Virus record (IMG/VR): IMGVR_UViG_3300035492_000181
Strand: one strand, 5' to 3'
Length of the DNA stretch: 35,099 bases
Source: a virus
A program made the translations under genes and the position numbers. Below the pieces are notes generated by a model. That model was not told where the DNA came from and searched no databases. It was given only the letters and a program-made list of their open reading frames with translations. This document shows, in pieces, positions 31,134-35,099 of this stretch; the stretch's first letter is position 1; each line of letters begins with the position of its first letter.

Positions 31134-31667
31134 ATGAACATTGCCGAAATCACCCGCCTGCTCGAAAACATCGTCCGCTTCGGCACCATCGAAGCGGTCC
31201 AGATGCAGCCGCCTCGCGTCAAGGTGAAAAGCGGGAACATCGCCACCACCTGGCTGCCCTGGTTGAACCTGCGCGCCGGCGCCGACCGCGAGTGGGACCC
31301 GCCCACCATCGGCGAGCAGGTTGTGCTGCTGAGCCCATCCGGCAACCTCGCCCAGGGCGTGGTGCTGACCGGTCTGTTCTCTGACGTGATCCCGGCAAAC
31401 GGCGACCGCGAGGGCCTGCATCGCCGCACCTACCGCGACGGTGCCGTCATCGAATACGACAGCATCGCCAAGCGTCTGCTGGCCGTCCTTCCCACCGGCG
31501 GCAAGGCCCAGCTCACCGCACCGGGCGGCGTCACCATCCTCGGCAACGTCGATATCACCGGCACCGTGACCGTCAGCGCAGACGTAGTCGCATCCGGCAT
31601 CAGCCTCGTCACCCACAAGCATGGCGGCGTACAAACCGGCTCCGGAACCACGGCGGTGCCCAAATGA
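31134..31667 (+). CDS. V: Baseplate spike/assembly protein V
   Basis: 177 aa. LLENIVRFGTIEAV...RVKVKSGNIATTWLPW is typical of gpV. Confidence 0.9.
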   Translation: MNIAEITRLLENIVRFGTIEAVQMQPPRVKVKSGNIATTWLPWLNLRAGADREWDPPTIGEQVVLLSPSGNLAQGVVLTGLFSDVIPANGDREGLHRRTYRDGAVIEYDSIAKRLLAVLPTGGKAQLTAPGGVTILGNVDITGTVTVSADVVASGISLVTHKHGGVQTGSGTTAVPK

Positions 31668-32017
31668 TCGGCATGTCCGCCACCACCGGTCGCGCCATCG
31701 AGGGCAACGCCCACCTGGCCCAGTCGATCGCCGACATCCTCACCACGCCCATCGGCTCGCGCGTAATGCGCCGCGAATACGGCAGCCAGCTGCCTGACCT
31801 GATCGATTGGCCCACCAACGACGCCACCCGCCTGCAGGCCTACGCCGCCACGGCCATGGCGCTGCTGCGCTGGGAGCCGCGCATCCGGCTCAGCCGGGTG
31901 CAGTTGTTCCTGGGCGAGCAGCCCGGGCAGGTCGTGCTCGACATCGAGGGCAGCCGCGCCGACGTCAACGAGCCGCTCAGCCTGCGCATCCCCCTGCGCC
32001 TCGGAGCCATCGCATGA
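31664..32017 (+). CDS. W: Baseplate protein W (gp25-like)
   Basis: 117 aa. SIADILTTPIGSRVMRREYGSQLPDLID is the GPW/gp25 motif. Confidence 0.9.
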   Translation: MIGMSATTGRAIEGNAHLAQSIADILTTPIGSRVMRREYGSQLPDLIDWPTNDATRLQAYAATAMALLRWEPRIRLSRVQLFLGEQPGQVVLDIEGSRADVNEPLSLRIPLRLGAIA

Positions 32018-32910
32018 GCCAGTTCACCGCCATCAACCTCGCCCAGGTGGCCCCGCCGGATGTGATCGAACCGCTCGACTTCGAGCAGATCCTCGCCGCC
32101 ATGCTGGCCGATCTGCTCGAACGCGCACCCGAGCTGGACGCCCAGGTCGAGTCGGAACCCTTCATGAAGCTGCTGGAGGTTTGCGCCTACCGCGAGTTGC
32201 AGCTGCGCGCCCGCATCAACGATGCCGCCCGCGCCGTCATGCTGCCGTACTCCACCGGTACCGACCTGGACAACCTCGGCGCGCTGTTCGGCGTCGAGCG
32301 CCTGCTGGTCAGCCCCGCGGTGCCGACTGCCATTCCGCCGATCGCCGCCGTCTACGAGAGCGACAGCGACTTCCGCTACCGCATCCAGCTCTCGCTGGAA
32401 GGTCTGTCCACCGCAGGTCCCGAGGGCGCCTACATCTTCCACGCACTCAGCGCGGACGGGCAGGTGCTCGATGCCAGCGCCATCAGCCCAACGCCGGGGG
32501 AGGTGCTGATCACCGTGCTCTCACGCCAGGGCAGCGGCGTGCCGGACGCCACGCTGCTCGCCACCGTGCTGGCCAAACTCAGCGACGAGAGCGTCCGGCC
32601 GCTCACGGACTATGTCCAGGTGCAGGCGGCGACCATTGCCCCCTACCAGGTCACCGCCACGCTGTACTTCTACGCCGGCCCGGACCGTGAAGTGGTCATG
32701 GCCAACGCCCGCGCGGCACTGGAGGCCTACACTGCCGGCCAACACCGTCTCGGGCTGGATGTCACGCTCTCCGGCATCTATGCCGCGCTTCACCAACCGG
32801 GCGTGCAGCGTGTGGATCTGGCAAGCCCAACCGCCAACTTAGTGGTCAACCGCCAGAGCGCCACCTACTGCACCGCCATCAACCTGACCGATGGTGGCCT
32901 CGATGAGTGA
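32014..32910 (+). CDS. J: Baseplate wedge protein J
   Basis: The internal ATG at 32014 (ATGA overlap with W) gives 298 aa. The gpJ-like N-terminus is MSQFTAINLAQVAPPDVIEPLDFEQIL. Confidence 0.9.
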   Translation: MSQFTAINLAQVAPPDVIEPLDFEQILAAMLADLLERAPELDAQVESEPFMKLLEVCAYRELQLRARINDAARAVMLPYSTGTDLDNLGALFGVERLLVSPAVPTAIPPIAAVYESDSDFRYRIQLSLEGLSTAGPEGAYIFHALSADGQVLDASAISPTPGEVLITVLSRQGSGVPDATLLATVLAKLSDESVRPLTDYVQVQAATIAPYQVTATLYFYAGPDREVVMANARAALEAYTAGQHRLGLDVTLSGIYAALHQPGVQRVDLASPTANLVVNRQSATYCTAINLTDGGLDE

Positions 32911-33451
32911 CCAACCGAGTCTGCTGCCGCCCAACGCTTCTACGCTTGAGCGCAAGCTGGAGCAGGCCACCCTGCGCCTCGGCACCATGGCGGTGCCGCT
33001 GCGCGACCTCTGGAATCCGGACACCTGCCCGGCGCGCTTGCTGCCCTGGCTCGCCTGGACGCTCTCGCTCGACAGCTGGCAGCCGTACTGGCCCGAGGCG
33101 GTGAAACGGGCGCGTATCCGTGCCGCGGTGGACATTCAGCGCCGCAAGGGCACCGCCAAGAGCGTGCGCGACGTCGTGCGCAGCTTCGGCAGCTCCTTGG
33201 CTTTGCGTGAATGGTGGCAAACCGAGCCTATGGGTGCCCCGCACACCTTTGAGGTTGTGCTCACGCTTGGCGCTAGCGTCCCCAATACCGCCGCCTACCA
33301 GCAGGACATCATCAAGGAAATCGAGCGCACCAAACCCGTGCGCTCGCACTTCACGCTCACGCTCGGCCTGGCTGCTACTGGGGGCCTCGGCCTGCAGGGC
33401 GCCGCAAGGCCAGTCATCTACCGCCGCCTGCAATGCACTGAGGCCCCGTAA
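32903..33451 (+). CDS. I: Baseplate/tail protein I
   Basis: SLLPPNASTLERKLEQA is typical of gpI. The start is 32903 or 32891. TAATG overlap with H. Confidence 0.85.
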   Translation: MSDQPSLLPPNASTLERKLEQATLRLGTMAVPLRDLWNPDTCPARLLPWLAWTLSLDSWQPYWPEAVKRARIRAAVDIQRRKGTAKSVRDVVRSFGSSLALREWWQTEPMGAPHTFEVVLTLGASVPNTAAYQQDIIKEIERTKPVRSHFTLTLGLAATGGLGLQGAARPVIYRRLQCTEAP

Positions 33452-35099
33452 TGGCACTACCCATCACCATCACCGATGCCGGCCGCGCCGAGATCATCAA
33501 CGCCCAGAACACCGGCACCGGCCCGGTCACCATCACCGAGATCGGCTTCGGGACTGGCCAATACACGCCCGCGAAAACGCGCACGGCGCTGCAGGCGCAG
33601 GTCAAGCGAGTGAGTTCGATCGCGGGGCAAGCCGTCGCGGCGGACACCATTCATGTAATGGCAATGGACGAGAGCTCAGCGGCCTATAACGTCGGCGAGT
33701 TCGGCCTGTTCAGCGACAAGGGCACGCTCATTGCCGTCTACTCGCAGCCGGCGGCCTCGGGATGGATCATTCAGAAGGCAGGGCCGTCCACGCTGCTGCT
33801 CGCCACCGACATCATCCTGGAGAGCCTCGACGCCACCCTCATCGAGTTCGGCGATATCGCCTTCATCAACCCCCCGGCCACCACAGAGGTGCCCGGCGTC
33901 GTTGAGCTGGCCACACCAACGGAAACCATCGACGGCATCACCGCCACCCGCGCCGTCACCCCGTTCGCCCTCAAGCAGCTAACCGCCACCCTGGAGCGCG
34001 CCGGCCTGGTACGCCTCAACAACACCCTCACCAGCACCAGCACCAGCCAGGCCCTCACCGCCGCCCAGGGCAAAAAGCTGCAGGACGAAAAGCTGGCGAC
34101 CAGCCGCGTGCAAAACAGCGCAACAGACACAACGGCCAATGCCTTGCTCACCGTCGGCGCGTTCGGTCTGGGCACCCTCAGCATGGCTGTCGTGGATGAT
34201 TTGAATAACCTGGACGTTACGGGCCTATACAGTCCAAGTTCGGGCACGCTAAACATCCCGCCATCAGTAATTAGCGGCTCAACCTGCCTGCACATCAGCT
34301 CATCAACTGTACACGCCACCCAACTCGTCTGGGCACGCTCCCTGGACCGTATTTACTCACGCCGCAAGTCGGAGGGGGTCTGGTCAGATTGGGTGGAGAT
34401 TTTTCATAGCGGCAACCTTTCACCGGTAGAAACATCCCGCCAGGTCAACGCCGGCAACGGCCTTACCGGCGGCGGCACCCTGGCGGCGGATCGCACGCTA
34501 AGCCTCGGCACGCCCGGCAAAATCAGCACGAGTACGAGCAACAGCACCACTGCAACCAGCCACACCCATGAGCTAGAACTACCTGCTGCCTCAACCAGCG
34601 AACCTGGCATTGTCCAACTCAACAACACCCTCACCAGCACCAGCACCAGCCAGGCCCTCACCGCCGCCCAGGGCAAAAAGCTGCAGGACGAAAAGCTGGC
34701 GACCAGCCGCGTGCAAAACAGCGCAACAGACACAACGGCCAATGCCTTGCTCACCGTCGGCGCGTTCGGTCTGGGCACCCTCAGCATGGCTGTCGTGGAT
34801 GATTTGAATAACCTGGACGTTACGGGCCTATACAGTCCAAGTTCGGGCACGCTAAACATCCCGCCATCAGTAATTAGCGGCTCAACCTGCCTGCACATCA
34901 GCTCATCAACTGTACACGCCACCCAACTCGTCTGGGCACGCTCCCTGGACCGTATTTACTCACGCCGCAAGTCGGAGGGGGTCTGGTCAGATTGGGTGGA
35001 GATTTTTCATAGCGGCAACCTTTCACCGGTAGAAACATCCCGCCAGGTCAACGCCGGCAACGGCCTTACCGGCGGCGGCACCCTGGCGGCGGATCGCAC
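33451..35099 (+). CDS. H: Tail fibre protein, N-terminal and central part (runs off the window end and continues at base 128 after the 127-bp overlap)
   Basis: MALPITITDAGRAEIINAQNTGTGPVTITEIGFG is a P2 gpH-type N-terminus. There is no stop codon before 35099, and the gene contains the tandem 603-bp module. Confidence 0.9.
   Translation, partial: MALPITITDAGRAEIINAQNTGTGPVTITEIGFGTGQYTPAKTRTALQAQVKRVSSIAGQAVAADTIHVMAMDESSAAYNVGEFGLFSDKGTLIAVYSQPAASGWIIQKAGPSTLLLATDIILESLDATLIEFGDIAFINPPATTEVPGVVELATPTETIDGITATRAVTPFALKQLTATLERAGLVRLNNTLTSTSTSQALTAAQGKKLQDEKLATSRVQNSATDTTANALLTVGAFGLGTLSMAVVDDLNNLDVTGLYSPSSGTLNIPPSVISGSTCLHISSSTVHATQLVWARSLDRIYSRRKSEGVWSDWVEIFHSGNLSPVETSRQVNAGNGLTGGGTLAADRTLSLGTPGKISTSTSNSTTATSHTHELELPAASTSEPGIVQLNNTLTSTSTSQALTAAQGKKLQDEKLATSRVQNSATDTTANALLTVGAFGLGTLSMAVVDDLNNLDVTGLYSPSSGTLNIPPSVISGSTCLHISSSTVHATQLVWARSLDRIYSRRKSEGVWSDWVEIFHSGNLSPVETSRQVNAGNGLTGGGTLAADR
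34015..35099 (+). repeat. In-frame tandem duplication, period 603 bp (201 aa); 482 bp identical by eye (34015-34496 = 34618-35099) separated by a 121-bp unique linker
   Basis: Base-by-base comparison of the two blocks. The minus-strand shadow ORFs at 33771-34319 and 34404-34922 start with identical peptides. Confidence 0.95.

Larger units (their letters stand above)
1..35099. mobile_element. Complete circularly permuted P2/phiCTX-like temperate phage genome (unit 34,972 bp plus 127-bp terminal redundancy)
   Basis: Full P2-type head, tail, lysis, immunity, replication and integration modules are present. attP (a tRNA 3' fragment only) and a cos-like site lie inside the window. Bases 1-127 equal 34973-35099 and join gene H in frame. 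Confidence 0.85.

Overview
The window is a complete, circularly permuted genome of a P2/phiCTX-like temperate myovirus from a high-GC, Pseudomonas-type host. Bases 1-127 are identical to 34973-35099, so the unit length is 34,972 bp, and the sequence is opened inside tail-fibre gene H. Gene order: H (3' part), G, FI, FII, E/E', T, U, D; an AT-rich cargo island; repressor (minus strand); divergent early operon (Cro/Ner-like, CII-like, Ogr, Zn-finger/TOPRIM primase fused to a P-loop NTPase, about 9 small ORFs, Xis-like, integrase); attP (3' 45 nt of tRNA-Thr UGU); cos-like site; a moron gene; Q and P (minus strand); O, N, M, L, X; lysis cassette (YiiX-like hydrolase, lambda-S-like holin, muramidase, Rz/Rz1); R, S, V, W, J, I; H (5' part). 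The best candidate for an undescribed system is the island at 8184-10459. It holds a short HipA-like kinase translationally coupled to a DUF3037-like protein, preceded by a TerB-like/BRCT protein. All three are co-oriented with the prophage repressor and share one downstream terminator, the arrangement expected for a lysogen-expressed defence or exclusion module in the post-D cargo hotspot. Other observations: three intergenic hairpins with an invariant CGGCAA loop, variable stems and an identical RBS cassette; three TGT-N13-ACA late-promoter dyads, with P and V showing homologous, possibly leaderless, promoter-to-ATG blocks; a perfect in-frame 603-bp tandem duplication in the tail fibre; a membrane/coiled-coil moron in the slot phiCTX uses for ctx; a 90-aa mini P-loop ORF; and phased repeats between attP and cos. 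All family assignments come from reading motifs by eye; no database search was possible.
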